Shown: positions 28,168-38,562, counted from the first letter of the stretch. The stretch: DNA of 64,000 nt from Candidatus Treponema equifaecale (GCA_018064905.1 JAGHUJ010000052.1:13998-77997), one strand, 5' to 3'. Translations and numbers: made by a program. The notes: generated from the letters alone by a model not told the origin.

Positions 28168-29064
28168 TTATTTAATTTTTTCAATTTCTTCGTGCTGCTT
28201 GTCGAAGAGTTCCATTACGTGATCGATTACTTTCTGTTTTGGATCAGGCTCATCTTCTGGCAATGTGGCAAGATATTCTTTTCTGAAGCTCTTGCAGTCG
28301 ATAACAGGACTTGCGGCAAACACCTGAACTGCTGGTTCACAAATGTCAGCAAGCATATCATCAGGATTGTTCACATCGATTGTAAGTGCTGAACCGTTGA
28401 TTGTAACCAGAATCATTACATCAAACATTCTGAGATATGAGTCGATTTCTTTAAGTCCACGTTTTGTTTCAGGATGACCTGGGCGGTATCTGGTTCCTGC
28501 CGGGAACACGAGAATTACTTCGCCATTTTTTTTGCAGGTATCCATTGCGCGCATTGAAGCAAGGTTGATTTTTCTTGCACGTTTTTCTTCGGCGATTCTT
28601 TCTTCTTCACTCTGAGCTTTTTCTGCAGCCTTGTCCAAAGATCGTGTAGGGTAGATTACAACGCGGGTAAAGCTTTCTGCAAAAGCACGAACCATTGGAT
28701 CAGCTTCGTTAAGCTTCATTCCTGCAATTGCAACGATTTTATCTGCAAGTTCTTTTCCGTTTTCAAGACCGTGTTCAACAAGGTAGCAAAGGGCCGGAAG
28801 GTCTGTGTTCGAATAGTGCTCCATAAGGATAAGGCCGCTTTTTCCTTCAGCAACAGCATCAAAGAAAGCCTTGAAATTTTCTTTGTTTTCAAGACGGCTT
28901 CCCGGTGCCATATTTTCCTCGACCATTTTATCCATTAAAACACGAGTTTTAGGATTTTTTTTCTGATAAACATTTGTCTCATCGATTTTAGCTGCGGCTA
29001 CAGAATATTCAGCCAAGCTTTTGAAAAACAACTCACCGTAGCGTTCACGAATTGATCTTCCCAT
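28168..29064 (-). CDS. Glycerol-phosphate/lysophospholipid acyltransferase
   Basis: HYSNTD (HX4D) and FPAGTR motifs. Confidence 0.85.
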   Translation of the reverse strand: MGRSIRERYGELFFKSLAEYSVAAAKIDETNVYQKKNPKTRVLMDKMVEENMAPGSRLENKENFKAFFDAVAEGKSGLILMEHYSNTDLPALCYLVEHGLENGKELADKIVAIAGMKLNEADPMVRAFAESFTRVVIYPTRSLDKAAEKAQSEEERIAEEKRARKINLASMRAMDTCKKNGEVILVFPAGTRYRPGHPETKRGLKEIDSYLRMFDVMILVTINGSALTIDVNNPDDMLADICEPAVQVFAASPVIDCKSFRKEYLATLPEDEPDPKQKVIDHVMELFDKQHEEIEKIK

Positions 29065-29212
29065 AAAATTTAAATTCCTTAAAAATGTTTTTTGATTCTT
29101 AAACGATTTGTTATTATAGAATCCACTTCTATTCTAAGTCTAACAAGACAATTTTGCAACTTTTACAGACGATTTGAAGTGTTTATTGGCATTAAGTCTT
29201 CTGAAAAATCGC

Positions 29213-29719
29213 CTATAATTTCATCAAACAGTTGTCTGTAAGATTTATGATTCTCTGGTTGCTTGAACCGCGGAATTTCAATGTGAGATCCTTCAGACTT
29301 TCAACATAAGGACCGTCCACAAGAATGTCGATGCAGGAAAGCATTCGGTTTGTAAATGCTGTGTGCTTTCTTCCATCTGCCGGGAGAATATCCTTGTCAT
29401 AAAGGTAGCCTGTGTAGCACCAGATATTTTTTTCAGGATAGGTCGCCTTTACTTTTTCCAGAAATGGTGCAAGGACCTCCTGATTTTCTTCTTCAAATGG
29501 TTCGCCGCCAAGAACTGTAAGTCCTGCAATATGGCCAGGTTTGAGCGCCTCCAGAATTTCTGCTTCAGTTTCTTCCGTAAACAGGTTTCCAAAGTTGAAA
29601 TCCCATGTGATCTGATTATGGCAGCCTTTACAGTGATTTCTGCAGCCTGAAACAAATAGTGAGACCCGAACACCAAGTCCGTCTGCAATGTCGATTTTTT
29701 TAATTGTTCCGTAATTCAT
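29213..29719 (-). CDS. nrdG: Anaerobic ribonucleotide reductase activating radical-SAM protein
   Basis: SGCRNHCKGC, LGGEPF, FRGSSNQR; start moved to ATG 29719. Confidence 0.95.
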   Translation of the reverse strand: MNYGTIKKIDIADGLGVRVSLFVSGCRNHCKGCHNQITWDFNFGNLFTEETEAEILEALKPGHIAGLTVLGGEPFEEENQEVLAPFLEKVKATYPEKNIWCYTGYLYDKDILPADGRKHTAFTNRMLSCIDILVDGPYVESLKDLTLKFRGSSNQRIINLTDNCLMKL

Positions 29720-29751
29720 AAAATAAATTTCCAAATATTGTTAAAAAAATT

Positions 29752-29773
29752 GGGCTGCCATTGGAGGCAACCC
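29752..29773 (-). terminator. Hairpin between nrdD and nrdG
   Basis: Minus strand gggttgcc-tccaat-ggcagccc followed by aatttttt. Confidence 0.45.
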
Positions 29774-29790
29774 TTTTGGTATTGTGAATT

Positions 29791-31968
29791 CTACAGATGG
29801 AGAACTCTTTCTTTGATTTCCTGTGTGCGTCCCTGGTTCCAGTACTGGGTTCCGATGTAACCGCAAGTACGGCGGGCAACGTTCATTGTTGTCTGGTCAA
29901 GGTTTCCGCAGTTTGGACACTGCCAGACCAGTTTGTTGTCGCTGTCTGTTACTACCTGAATTTCTCCGGTGTAGCCGCATTTCTGGCAGCAGTCTGATTT
30001 TGTGTTCAGTTCTGCGTACATGATGTGCTCGTAGATGTGTTTAAGCAATGTCATTACAGCAGGAATGTTTGATTCCATGTTTGGAACTTCAACGTAACTT
30101 ACAGCGCCGCCTGGAGAAAGTTCCTGGAACTGGCTTTCAAATGTAAGTTTTGTGAAGGCATCAACTGGCTCTGTAACATGAATGTGGTAAGAGTTTGTGA
30201 TGTAGTTTTTGTCTGTAACATTTTTAATTTCACCGAATCTCTTTTTGAGACATTTGGCGAATTTGTATGTTGTTGATTCAAGTGGAGTTCCGTAAAGGGA
30301 GAATGCAATGTTTGAAGCTTCCTTCCATTCTGCACATTTTTCATTCATGAACTTCATTACTTCAATTGCAAATGGAGTTGCTTCTGGATCTGTGTGTGGT
30401 TTCCCAGTCATGTAGCGGACACATTCACAAAGACCTGCATACCCCAGAGAGATTGTAGAATAGCCGCCAAAAAGCAGTTTGTCGATTGTCTCACCCTTTT
30501 CAAGACGAGCAAGAGCACCATTTTGCCAGAGAATTGGTGCGACATCACTTGGGGTTCCAAGCAGTCGTTCGTGGCGGCGCATAAGTGCCTTGTGACAAAG
30601 TTCCAGTCTCTCGTTGAAAAGTTCCCAGAATGCTTTGTAGTCGCCGCCAGAAGAGCAGGCAACATCAACCAGGTTGATTGTAACTACGCCCTGATTGAAG
30701 CGACCATAGTATTTTGGTTTTCCGTTTTCGTCGTTGTATGTTGTAAGGAAGGAACGGCAACCCATGCAAGGATAGCAGTTTCCCTGGCCATTTTTGTCTA
30801 CTTTAAGCTCCAGCATTTTCTTTTCTGAAATGTAATCCGGAACAAGGCGGCGTGCAGTACATTTTGCAGCAAGTTCTGTAAGGTAGTAATATTTTGAACC
30901 TTCATTGATGTTATCTGGTTCAAGAACATAGATGAGCTTAGGGAAGGCTGGTGTAACCCAGAATCCCTTTTCGTTCTTAACACCCTGATAGCGCTGTTTG
31001 AGAACTTCTTCAATAATCATTGCAAGGTCAGCCTTTTCCTGCTCGTTCTTTGCTTCGTTAAGATACATGAACACAGTTACGAATGGTGACTGACCGTTGG
31101 TTGTCATAAGTGTTACAACCTGGTACTGAATCATCTGAACGCCACGGGTAATTTCATCCTTAAGGCGAAGATCAACAATGTACTTGAACTGTTCGTCTGT
31201 GTAGTGAACGTTTGTCACTTCCTCAATTTTTTTCATTTCACGCTCAATCTTTTTGCGGCTTACGTCTACAAATGGAGCAAGGTGAGAAAGTGAAATTGAC
31301 TGACCACCGTACTGACTTGAAGCAACCTGAGCAATAATCTGTGTTGCAATGTTGCAGGCTGTTGAGAATGAATGAGGTGTATCGATTTTTGTACCTGAAA
31401 TTACTGTTCCATTCTGGAGCATGTCTTCAAGGTTTACGAGGTCACAGTTATGCATGTGCTGAGCAAAGTAGTCAGCATCGTGGAAGTGGATGATACCTTC
31501 ATCGTGTGCCTTTACGATATCTTCGTCCAGAAGGAATCGTTTTGTGATGTCCTTTGAAACTTCACCAGCCATGTAGTCGCGCTGTACTGAAACTACTGTT
31601 GAATTCTTGTTTGAATTTTCCTGCTTAACTTCCTCGTTCTGACATTCCAGAAGTGAAAGAATCTGCTGGTCAGTTGAATTTGCCTTGCGCATGAGCTGGT
31701 GCTGATAGCGGTAGGTGATGTATTTTTTTGCAATGTCAAATGCAGAAGCCTTCATAATTGCCTTTTCTACCAGGTCCTGAATTGCTTCTACGTTCATCTC
31801 GTGATTTTCTGCAGCACACTGTTTTTCAATGTTTTCTGCAATGCTTGTGATTGTGTCTGTGCTGAGCTGTTCTGAAAGCGGAACCTCATTATTTGCCTTG
31901 GAAATGGCATTGATGATTTTTTTTACATCAAAAATTGCCTCTTCACCGTTGCGTTTAATGATTTTCAT
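29791..31968 (-). CDS. nrdD: Anaerobic ribonucleoside-triphosphate reductase with ATP cone
   Basis: MKIIKRNG ATP-cone, MGCRSFL, CxxC...CxxC, RRTCGYIG glycyl motif. Confidence 0.97.
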   Translation of the reverse strand: MKIIKRNGEEAIFDVKKIINAISKANNEVPLSEQLSTDTITSIAENIEKQCAAENHEMNVEAIQDLVEKAIMKASAFDIAKKYITYRYQHQLMRKANSTDQQILSLLECQNEEVKQENSNKNSTVVSVQRDYMAGEVSKDITKRFLLDEDIVKAHDEGIIHFHDADYFAQHMHNCDLVNLEDMLQNGTVISGTKIDTPHSFSTACNIATQIIAQVASSQYGGQSISLSHLAPFVDVSRKKIEREMKKIEEVTNVHYTDEQFKYIVDLRLKDEITRGVQMIQYQVVTLMTTNGQSPFVTVFMYLNEAKNEQEKADLAMIIEEVLKQRYQGVKNEKGFWVTPAFPKLIYVLEPDNINEGSKYYYLTELAAKCTARRLVPDYISEKKMLELKVDKNGQGNCYPCMGCRSFLTTYNDENGKPKYYGRFNQGVVTINLVDVACSSGGDYKAFWELFNERLELCHKALMRRHERLLGTPSDVAPILWQNGALARLEKGETIDKLLFGGYSTISLGYAGLCECVRYMTGKPHTDPEATPFAIEVMKFMNEKCAEWKEASNIAFSLYGTPLESTTYKFAKCLKKRFGEIKNVTDKNYITNSYHIHVTEPVDAFTKLTFESQFQELSPGGAVSYVEVPNMESNIPAVMTLLKHIYEHIMYAELNTKSDCCQKCGYTGEIQVVTDSDNKLVWQCPNCGNLDQTTMNVARRTCGYIGTQYWNQGRTQEIKERVLHL

Positions 31969-32081
31969 ACCCTAGCCTCCAGAAATACTTTTTTTAGAAA
32001 TTTTTTACAAAAATATTGAAAAACCACTTGACAAGCTTAAAACTGTTGTAGTGGTGTCATAGCCTTAAACATGGCTTAAAA

Positions 32082-32146
32082 ACACTAGATATAGTGTTTT
32101 TTGTGATTGGTTGAAATACTATATAACTCAGGTCATTTGATGTCAA
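32082..32146 (-). promoter_or_regulatory. nrdD promoter with NrdR box
   Basis: TTGACA (32146-32141)-17-TATAGT (32123-32118); ACACTAGATATAGTGT at 32082-32097 matches the NrdR consensus acaCwAtATaTwGtgt at 15/16. Confidence 0.8.
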
Positions 32147-32234
32147 TGTGAAAAACCGGAAAAAAAACATAAATCAAAAACATGACAGTTTTGTCTAATC
32201 AATAGAAATTTGTAATTTTTTTTACAAATTTGAT

Positions 32235-32672
32235 TTATTTTTCTTCAAACCAGTTTTCCATGCCGAAATTGAAAACCTCTGCAATTTTCTGAAAATGCTT
32301 TGTGTTTCGTGTTACCAGAATCAGGTTGTTGGAAATTGCAATGGCTGCCAGCTGACAGTCTTCGTATGGAACCGGAGTTCCTTTTTCTTTGAGACGTCCA
32401 AAAATTTCAGCCTGAACACTTGCTGCTTTCTGGTCATATGGGAGCACAGGAAAAACGGGCAGGATTTCATTCTGATAAAAATACGCCAGTTCCTGTTTGC
32501 GTCTGCCTTCTGGCATAACTGCGATTCCCTTCTGTATTTCATAACTTGTGGTTACACCAATTGCAGAAAATTCTGAAAGTGCATCAAGCTGATGAATTAC
32601 ATTATGGTTTGGATTCGGCTTGATCGCCTCTGATATTGTATTAGTGTCCAAAAGATAAATTTTTAAAGCCAT
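32235..32672 (-). CDS. vapC: PIN-domain toxin
   Basis: YLLDTNTISE, YEI, EDCQLAAIA, LVTRNTKHF motifs. Confidence 0.9.
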   Translation of the reverse strand: MALKIYLLDTNTISEAIKPNPNHNVIHQLDALSEFSAIGVTTSYEIQKGIAVMPEGRRKQELAYFYQNEILPVFPVLPYDQKAASVQAEIFGRLKEKGTPVPYEDCQLAAIAISNNLILVTRNTKHFQKIAEVFNFGMENWFEEK

Positions 32673-32962
32673 GGATTTTCCTCTTCTGATCTATGAATTT
32701 CAAATTTTTTAGCTTCCTCAATAGCCTGTTCCAGATAATCACCAATGCAGTCCGGGTGTTCTGCCCGCCATTTTCTGACTCTGTCCATAAAGCTTGGGGC
32801 GGTTCGACGGGCGTGTTCTTCCTTTAGGTTTGTGTATTCCTTAAGGCTGATGATTACTGCTGTAGTGATTCCATGTTTTGTGATTTCGATTACGTCTCCG
32901 TTTTCTGCGCGGGTCACGTATTCTGAAAATTTTGCCTTGATGTCGTAAAGTGGTGCTGTCAT
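32663..32962 (-). CDS. Phd/YefM family antitoxin
   Basis: YDIKAKFSEYVTRAENGDVIEITKHG...AVIISL; overlaps vapC start by 10 nt. Confidence 0.88.
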   Translation of the reverse strand: MTAPLYDIKAKFSEYVTRAENGDVIEITKHGITTAVIISLKEYTNLKEEHARRTAPSFMDRVRKWRAEHPDCIGDYLEQAIEEAKKFEIHRSEEENPWL

Positions 32963-32983
32963 TAAGATTCCCCCTTTTGCATT

Positions 32984-33040
32984 ATGACTATGTCATAGTT
33001 ATTATATAATCATAATATAGTCATATAGTAGTCATGTCAA
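32984..33040 (-). promoter_or_regulatory. TA promoter and autoregulatory operator candidates
   Basis: TTGACA (33040-33035)-17-TATTAT; TAGTCAT at 33018 and 33029, ATGACTA at 32984, palindrome ACTATG-T-CATAGT 32987-32999. Confidence 0.7.
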
Positions 33041-33048
33041 ATGAAAAC

Positions 33049-33176
33049 GCGTGAAGGATGCGGAGGGTTTGCGCAGCAAAAACAAAAAGGTCTGCCTGAT
33101 TTATTCAGACAGACCTTTTTGGTCGCAGCGATAGCGGAGCCTGTAGCAGCCTGACCCGCTTTAGCGGGGCACGCCC
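33049..33176 (+). repeat. Family C element containing a terminator-like hairpin
   Basis: GCGTGAAGG...AGCCTGACCC...GGGGCACGCCC; interior aaaaaggtctgcctga-tttat-tcagacagaccttttt. Confidence 0.7.
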
Positions 33177-33196
33177 ATATTAAAATGATGAAATTT

Positions 33197-34678
33197 TTAG
33201 CCTATAAGACTCTTTTTTTCTTTGCTCACTGGTTCACAGGTAAAGTCCACGCCCAGTTTTTTGAAGATTTTTCGGTCAACTTCGGAAAGCATTACGGTTG
33301 TATGAACCTGACAGCCCTTGAGTTTTGGAAGCTGTTCCAGTGCTTTGCGGCAGTTTTCATCTGATGTGCTGAGCATTGCAAGTGCCACCAGAACTTCATC
33401 AGTGTGGAGACGAGGATTATTTCCTGCAAGATACTCAACCTTCATCTTCTGGATAGGTTCAATCATTTCTTTTGGAATGAGTTTAACATCGTGAGCAATT
33501 CCTGCAAGGTGTTTTGTTGCATTCAGGAGGAGGGCTGCAGAAGTTCCAAGAAGATCAGATGTTTCTGAAGTTATGATTGTTCCGTCGTCCAGTTCAATTG
33601 CTGCACAGGTAAGTCCAGATTTTGCTGAACGGTCCTTTGCAGCTTTGATAACTTTTCTGTCATCGATTGTGATTTTTGCCTGCTGCATTAAAAGTTCGAT
33701 TTTATCAGCTTCTGCTTCTGTTCCGTTTCCTTCTACAAGCTGGTTCAATGTTGTGTAGTAGCGGCGGATTATTTCCTGGTTTGAAGCAGCACGACAGGCG
33801 TCATCATCGTAGATACAGAGTCCTGCCATGTTTACACCCATGTCTGTTGGTGATTTGTATGGGTCTGAGCCGTAGATTCCTTTAAAAATTGCGTCCAGAA
33901 CAGGATAGATTTCAATGTCGCGGTTGTAGTTTACGGTTGTCTTGCCATAGGCTTCAAGATGCCATGGGTCAATCATGTTTACATCATTAAGGTCTGCTGT
34001 TGCGGCTTCGTAAGCGATGTTTACAGGATGTTTTAATGGAAGATTCCAGATTGGGAAAGTCTCAAATTTTGCATAGCCTGCTTTTACGCCGCGTTTGTTC
34101 TCGTGGTAGAGCTGACTGAGACAGGTTGCCATTTTTCCTGAACCTGGTCCCGGAGCTGTAATTACAACAAGTGGACGAGTTGTTTCTATATAATCATTCT
34201 TTCCGAAGCCTTCATCGCTTGCAATGAGTGAAACGTTTGAAGGGTAGCCTGGAATGATATAATGGTAATAGGATTTGATTCCAAGTTTTTCCAGTTTGTC
34301 GTGGAATGCCTTTGCTGATTCCTGGCCTGTAAAATGTGTGATGCAGACTGAACCAACCATAAGGCCTCGTTTCTGGAATTCATCACGGAGACGAAGAACA
34401 TCCTTATCGTAAGTGATGCCCAAATCACCTCGAACCTTGTTCTTTTCAATGTCCACAGCGCTGATGACAATTACTATTTCTGCAACATCTGCCAGCTGCA
34501 TGAGCATTCTGAGCTTTGAGTCCGGCTGAAATCCCGGTAAAACTCTGGAAGCATGGTAATCATCAAAAAGTTTTCCGCCAAATTCCAGGTACAATTTGTC
34601 GCCAAATTTTGCAATTCTTTCTTTAATGTGTTCTGACTGAATCTTCAGATACTTGTCGTTGTCAAATCCGTATTTCAT
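33197..34678 (-). CDS. DUF1846 family protein
   Basis: MKYGFDNDKYL, LEFGGKLFDDYHASRVLPG, APGPGSGKMATCL motifs. Confidence 0.9.
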   Translation of the reverse strand: MKYGFDNDKYLKIQSEHIKERIAKFGDKLYLEFGGKLFDDYHASRVLPGFQPDSKLRMLMQLADVAEIVIVISAVDIEKNKVRGDLGITYDKDVLRLRDEFQKRGLMVGSVCITHFTGQESAKAFHDKLEKLGIKSYYHYIIPGYPSNVSLIASDEGFGKNDYIETTRPLVVITAPGPGSGKMATCLSQLYHENKRGVKAGYAKFETFPIWNLPLKHPVNIAYEAATADLNDVNMIDPWHLEAYGKTTVNYNRDIEIYPVLDAIFKGIYGSDPYKSPTDMGVNMAGLCIYDDDACRAASNQEIIRRYYTTLNQLVEGNGTEAEADKIELLMQQAKITIDDRKVIKAAKDRSAKSGLTCAAIELDDGTIITSETSDLLGTSAALLLNATKHLAGIAHDVKLIPKEMIEPIQKMKVEYLAGNNPRLHTDEVLVALAMLSTSDENCRKALEQLPKLKGCQVHTTVMLSEVDRKIFKKLGVDFTCEPVSKEKKSLIG

Positions 34679-34740
34679 AACATTCAGATTTTATCGCTTT
34701 TTAGTAGAAAGTTAAAGGTTTTTGGAATATGATTATAAAT

Positions 34741-35121
34741 ATGAAAAAGACAACTTTATCAATTTTGGCCGCTGCATTGGTTTGCTTTGTTCCAATGACT
34801 GCAATGGCTGATGGAAAATCGGATGCTGAAGTTAAGGCTCAGCAGACTGTAAAAGAAGCAGAATCAAAGGCAAAGACTCTTAATGATAATGCGAAAGCTA
34901 CTGCAGAAAATACAAAGAAGGCTGTGGAAGACACAAAGAAATCTGCAGAAACTGCAAAAAAGAGTGCTGAAGAAAAGGATGAAGCCTTGAGAAAAGCCGG
35001 AAAGGATATTGGTGAGGCCGGTAAAAAAATCGGTGAAGCTGGTAAGGAAGCCGGAAAGGAACTTGGAAATGCATTCAAATCTTTTGGAAAGGGCGTAAAA
35101 GAGGCCTTTTCTGGAGAGTAA
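34741..35121 (+). CDS. Secreted low-complexity helical protein (LEA-like)
   Basis: Signal peptide ending AMA; K/E/A-rich repeats, AGKEAGKELG; start moved to 34741. Confidence 0.6.
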   Translation: MKKTTLSILAAALVCFVPMTAMADGKSDAEVKAQQTVKEAESKAKTLNDNAKATAENTKKAVEDTKKSAETAKKSAEEKDEALRKAGKDIGEAGKKIGEAGKEAGKELGNAFKSFGKGVKEAFSGE

Positions 35122-35151
35122 AACAGAAATTATATAAAACAGGAGAAAAAG

Positions 35152-35994
35152 ATGGATATTCGTTATTCAACAGGAAAAGAACCATTCAAGAGAATGACTA
35201 CAGAAGAAATCAGAAAGGAATTTTTGATTTCAAACATTTTTATCAAGAATGATGTAAGCGCTGTTTACAGCCACATTGACCGCATCGTTACTCTTGGTGC
35301 CATGCCAGTTGACCAGAAAATCAAGCTGGACAAAAACATTGATGCAATGAAAGACTTTGGTGTTGATTTCTTCCTCCAGAGACGTGAACTTGGAATGATC
35401 AACATTGGTGGCGACGGTGTTGTAGTTGCTGACGGTGTTACTTACGAAGTTAAGCACTATGATGCACTTTACCTCGGTGCCGGCACAAAGGATGTTACAT
35501 TGGAATCAAAGGATTCAAAAAATCCTGCTAAGTTCTACATGAACTCAACTCCAGCTCACTGCACATATCCTTCAAGAATCATCACTTACGAACAGGCTAA
35601 TCATGTTCACCTTGGTACTGCTGAAGAAATCAATGACCGTACAATCAACCAGTACATCCATCCGGATATTCTTGAAACTTGTCAGCTTTCAATGGGTATG
35701 ACTCACCTTGAATCAGGTTCTGCATGGAACACAATGCCAGCTCATACTCACGAACGCCGCATGGAAGTTTACTTCTACTTTGACTTCCCTGAAGATGACG
35801 TTGTATTCCATATTATGGGTGAACCACAGGAAACTCGCCACATGATCATGCACAAGGAAGAAGCTGTAATCAACCCATCTTGGAGCGTTCACTCAGGCTT
35901 TGGTACAAAAAACTACACATTCATCTGGTCAATGGGCGGCGAAAACCGAACATACACTGACCAGGACTGGATTCGCACTGCGGATTTACGCTAG
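35152..35994 (+). CDS. kduI: 5-dehydro-4-deoxy-D-glucuronate isomerase
   Basis: YSHIDRI, RRELGMINIGG, WNTMPAHTHERRMEVY, GGEN motifs. Confidence 0.96.
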   Translation: MDIRYSTGKEPFKRMTTEEIRKEFLISNIFIKNDVSAVYSHIDRIVTLGAMPVDQKIKLDKNIDAMKDFGVDFFLQRRELGMINIGGDGVVVADGVTYEVKHYDALYLGAGTKDVTLESKDSKNPAKFYMNSTPAHCTYPSRIITYEQANHVHLGTAEEINDRTINQYIHPDILETCQLSMGMTHLESGSAWNTMPAHTHERRMEVYFYFDFPEDDVVFHIMGEPQETRHMIMHKEEAVINPSWSVHSGFGTKNYTFIWSMGGENRTYTDQDWIRTADLR

Positions 35995-36098
35995 TAAATA
36001 CGCAGACGATAATAATTTCCCTGCAGAACGAGGCACGGCAAGTGCCTCATAAAAACTTCTGATCTTCGTTAGGTGATTTAACTGGTACGAATTTATGG

Positions 36099-36140
36099 AA
36101 GAGCATTTTGCCGTTTGGTGAAGTGCTCTTTTTTTGTTTT
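36099..36140 (+). terminator. Intrinsic terminator downstream of kduI
   Basis: aagagcattttgcc-gttt-ggtgaagtgctctt stem followed by a T-run. Confidence 0.7.
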
Positions 36141-36228
36141 TATAACTTTTTGTTTTATTTGGAATTTGCTTCTTTTGCCACTTTTCGACGGTTTTCTTTC
36201 CGCCCTAAATTTAGTAAAATCATTCACT

Positions 36229-37593
36229 ATGATAGCAATAAAAAAATATTCCGAAATAGATGACAAATTTTTTGATGGCCGTGATTTTGGCGGTTCAATT
36301 GACATCGTTAAGGATGTTTTAATTGATGTGAAAAATCGTGGTGACGAAGCACTTTCTGAATACGGTGCTAAATTTGATGTTTCTGCGCCAAAAAGCCTGG
36401 AAATTCCTCAGTCTGAACTTAAGGCTGCTGCTGAAAAAATGCAGAAGGAAAATCCAGAACTTTACAACTCGCTTAAATACAGTGCTGACCTTGCCCTGCG
36501 CTTTGCAAAAAAACAGCGTGAAAGCTTTGACAATTTTGAAGTTGAACTGGAACCTGGCATGTTTACCGGTCAGAAAAATATTCCAGTTGACCGTGCGGGC
36601 GTTTACGTTCCTGCTGGTCGTTTTCCATTGGTTTCAACTGTAGTTATGACTGTAACTCCTGCCGTTGCTGCCGGTGTAAAGGAAGTGATTTTGTGTACTC
36701 CACCAAGAGTTCATCCAGATGATAAGGCTGCTGCTGAAAAAGCAGGCCTTGGTGTTCCTGGAAAACCTTTTGTTGGCGGAAAACCTTATGCAGACGAAAA
36801 CATCATGGCTGCGGCTTATATTTGTGGTGTTACAAAAGCCTTTGCCTGTGGTGGTTCTCAGGCCATTGGTGCGCTGGCATTTGGTACACAGTCAATTCCT
36901 AGAACTGATGTAATTGTTGGTCCTGGAAACAAATTTGTTGCAGAAGCAAAAAAGCTTGTTTACGGAACTGTCGGAATCGACATGGTTGCAGGTCCTACAG
37001 AAGTTTTCATTATCGCTGACAAATCTGCAAATCCTGCATGGGTTGCTGCTGATTTGCTTGCTCAGGCTGAACACGACATTGTTGCACAGCCTGTCATGGC
37101 TACTGATTCTGAAGAAGTTGCTAAAGCAGTGGCTGAAGAAATCGAAAAGCAGCTTGCAGTTCTTCCAACAAAATCAACTGCTGAACAGTCAATTGCAAAC
37201 TGCGGTGTGATTATTCTTTGTGATAATCTGGAACAGGCTGCCGAGGCTGCAAACCGCAAGGCTCCTGAACACCTTGAACTTGCAATGGAAGAAGGTTCAG
37301 AAAGAGATAAGATTGCCGAGCTTTGCCACAACTACGGTTCACTTTTCATTGGACACGGAAGTGCTGAAGTATTCGGTGACTATGCTGCAGGCTTGAACCA
37401 TACTTTGCCAACTTCTGGAAGTGCAAGGTTTACAGGCGGTTTGAGTGTGCGTGTGTTCCTTAAAACTGTAACAACTTTGAGAACAATTCCTGGAACAAAG
37501 GGTGCAGTTGCCAGTGCCCAAGCCGCAGGCCATTTGGGTGATGCAGAAGGTCTCGCAGGTCATGCAAGGGCAGCCAGAATCCGTTTGGAATAG
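36229..37593 (+). CDS. hisD: Histidinol dehydrogenase
   Basis: GVYVPAG, VGPGNKFV, AGPTEV, LAQAEHD, APEHLEL, GDYAAGLNHTLPT motifs; start moved to ATG 36229. Confidence 0.95.
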   Translation: MIAIKKYSEIDDKFFDGRDFGGSIDIVKDVLIDVKNRGDEALSEYGAKFDVSAPKSLEIPQSELKAAAEKMQKENPELYNSLKYSADLALRFAKKQRESFDNFEVELEPGMFTGQKNIPVDRAGVYVPAGRFPLVSTVVMTVTPAVAAGVKEVILCTPPRVHPDDKAAAEKAGLGVPGKPFVGGKPYADENIMAAAYICGVTKAFACGGSQAIGALAFGTQSIPRTDVIVGPGNKFVAEAKKLVYGTVGIDMVAGPTEVFIIADKSANPAWVAADLLAQAEHDIVAQPVMATDSEEVAKAVAEEIEKQLAVLPTKSTAEQSIANCGVIILCDNLEQAAEAANRKAPEHLELAMEEGSERDKIAELCHNYGSLFIGHGSAEVFGDYAAGLNHTLPTSGSARFTGGLSVRVFLKTVTTLRTIPGTKGAVASAQAAGHLGDAEGLAGHARAARIRLE

Positions 37594-37600
37594 TTTATTT

Positions 37601-37726
37601 GCACCAGCGATGGTAGCCCCGTAGTTCTGAAATTGCGGCGGTGGTTGAGTTTATCGAAACCTCCAGAGCAATTTTAGAATGAAGCGAAAGCGAAAGGGCG
37701 AACGTAGCGACCCGACAGGGTGGTGC
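37601..37726 (+). repeat. Composite element: family C-like shell with nested REP-A (37639-37664)
   Basis: Reverse complement aligns with 56880-56980; stem ttctgaaattgc/gcaattttagaa encloses REP-A. Confidence 0.8.
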
Positions 37727-37749
37727 TGTAATTAAAAAGAGGAGAAATT

Positions 37750-38562
37750 ATGAAAAAACTTATTGGATTAGTGGCAGTTTTACTGACTGGAACTATGGTT
37801 TTTGCTGAAAAATCACTTGAAGAAATTTTAAGAACCTACACAGACAATGACAGAGTTCCAGACTACAACTATTCGGTTCTGGCCATCGACAATATTGCAC
37901 CAAATGGAACTGTGGAGCATTTGATTGTAAATCAGTACGGTGGCGGCGGAAATGACCTTAAAAACGTTGTTTTCGACTTTAAAAGCCCTGCTTCAGTAAA
38001 AAATACACGAGTTTTGCAGGCACAGAAGGTTGGACGACAGGATGAGCGATGGATTTATCTTCCAAATATGAAGACTGTTCGCCGAATTCCTATGTCAGAA
38101 AGATACAAGGCTTTTGTTGGAACAGAATTTACCTACAATGATATGACTTTGCGTGAGTATGAAGAAGACAATAATGAAATGCTTGCGGAATCTGAGGAAA
38201 TCGTTGTGGATAAAATCAACAAGTACGACTGCTGGAAGATTAAATCTACTCCGATTAAAAAGAGCGAGGTTGAGTACGGCTACAGAATCAGCTGGTTCCA
38301 CAAGGAAACATACATTCCTGTTAGAATTGAATTCTATGACAAAAAAGATCCTGACAAGCTGATTAAGCTGTATCAGGTTGAAAAGCTTGAAATGGTTAAA
38401 GGTGTGACTGGAATCGAATATCCGCTGAGAAGACAGAATCTGGTTACAAATCTGGTGACAAACAGAAAAACAAGAATCAAGGTCACAGACTTCAAGTTTG
38501 ATGATCCGATTTCCAACAGCTACTTCACCCAGAACTGGATTCAGACAGGTAAGGCTAAATAA
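37750..38562 (+). CDS. Outer-membrane lipoprotein-sorting (LolA-like) protein
   Basis: Signal peptide; FKSPASVKNTRVL, RWIYLP, RRIP...FVGTEFTYND motifs. Confidence 0.75.
   Translation: MKKLIGLVAVLLTGTMVFAEKSLEEILRTYTDNDRVPDYNYSVLAIDNIAPNGTVEHLIVNQYGGGGNDLKNVVFDFKSPASVKNTRVLQAQKVGRQDERWIYLPNMKTVRRIPMSERYKAFVGTEFTYNDMTLREYEEDNNEMLAESEEIVVDKINKYDCWKIKSTPIKKSEVEYGYRISWFHKETYIPVRIEFYDKKDPDKLIKLYQVEKLEMVKGVTGIEYPLRRQNLVTNLVTNRKTRIKVTDFKFDDPISNSYFTQNWIQTGKAK

Noticed and set aside
32028-32056. Plus-strand TTGACA and a second NrdR box upstream of nrdD
   Set aside because: No -10 at suitable spacing and the second box match is weak.
36030-36140. Histidine attenuator upstream of hisD
   Set aside because: The only short ORF (MEEHFAVW) has one His codon; the hairpin is better explained as the kduI terminator.
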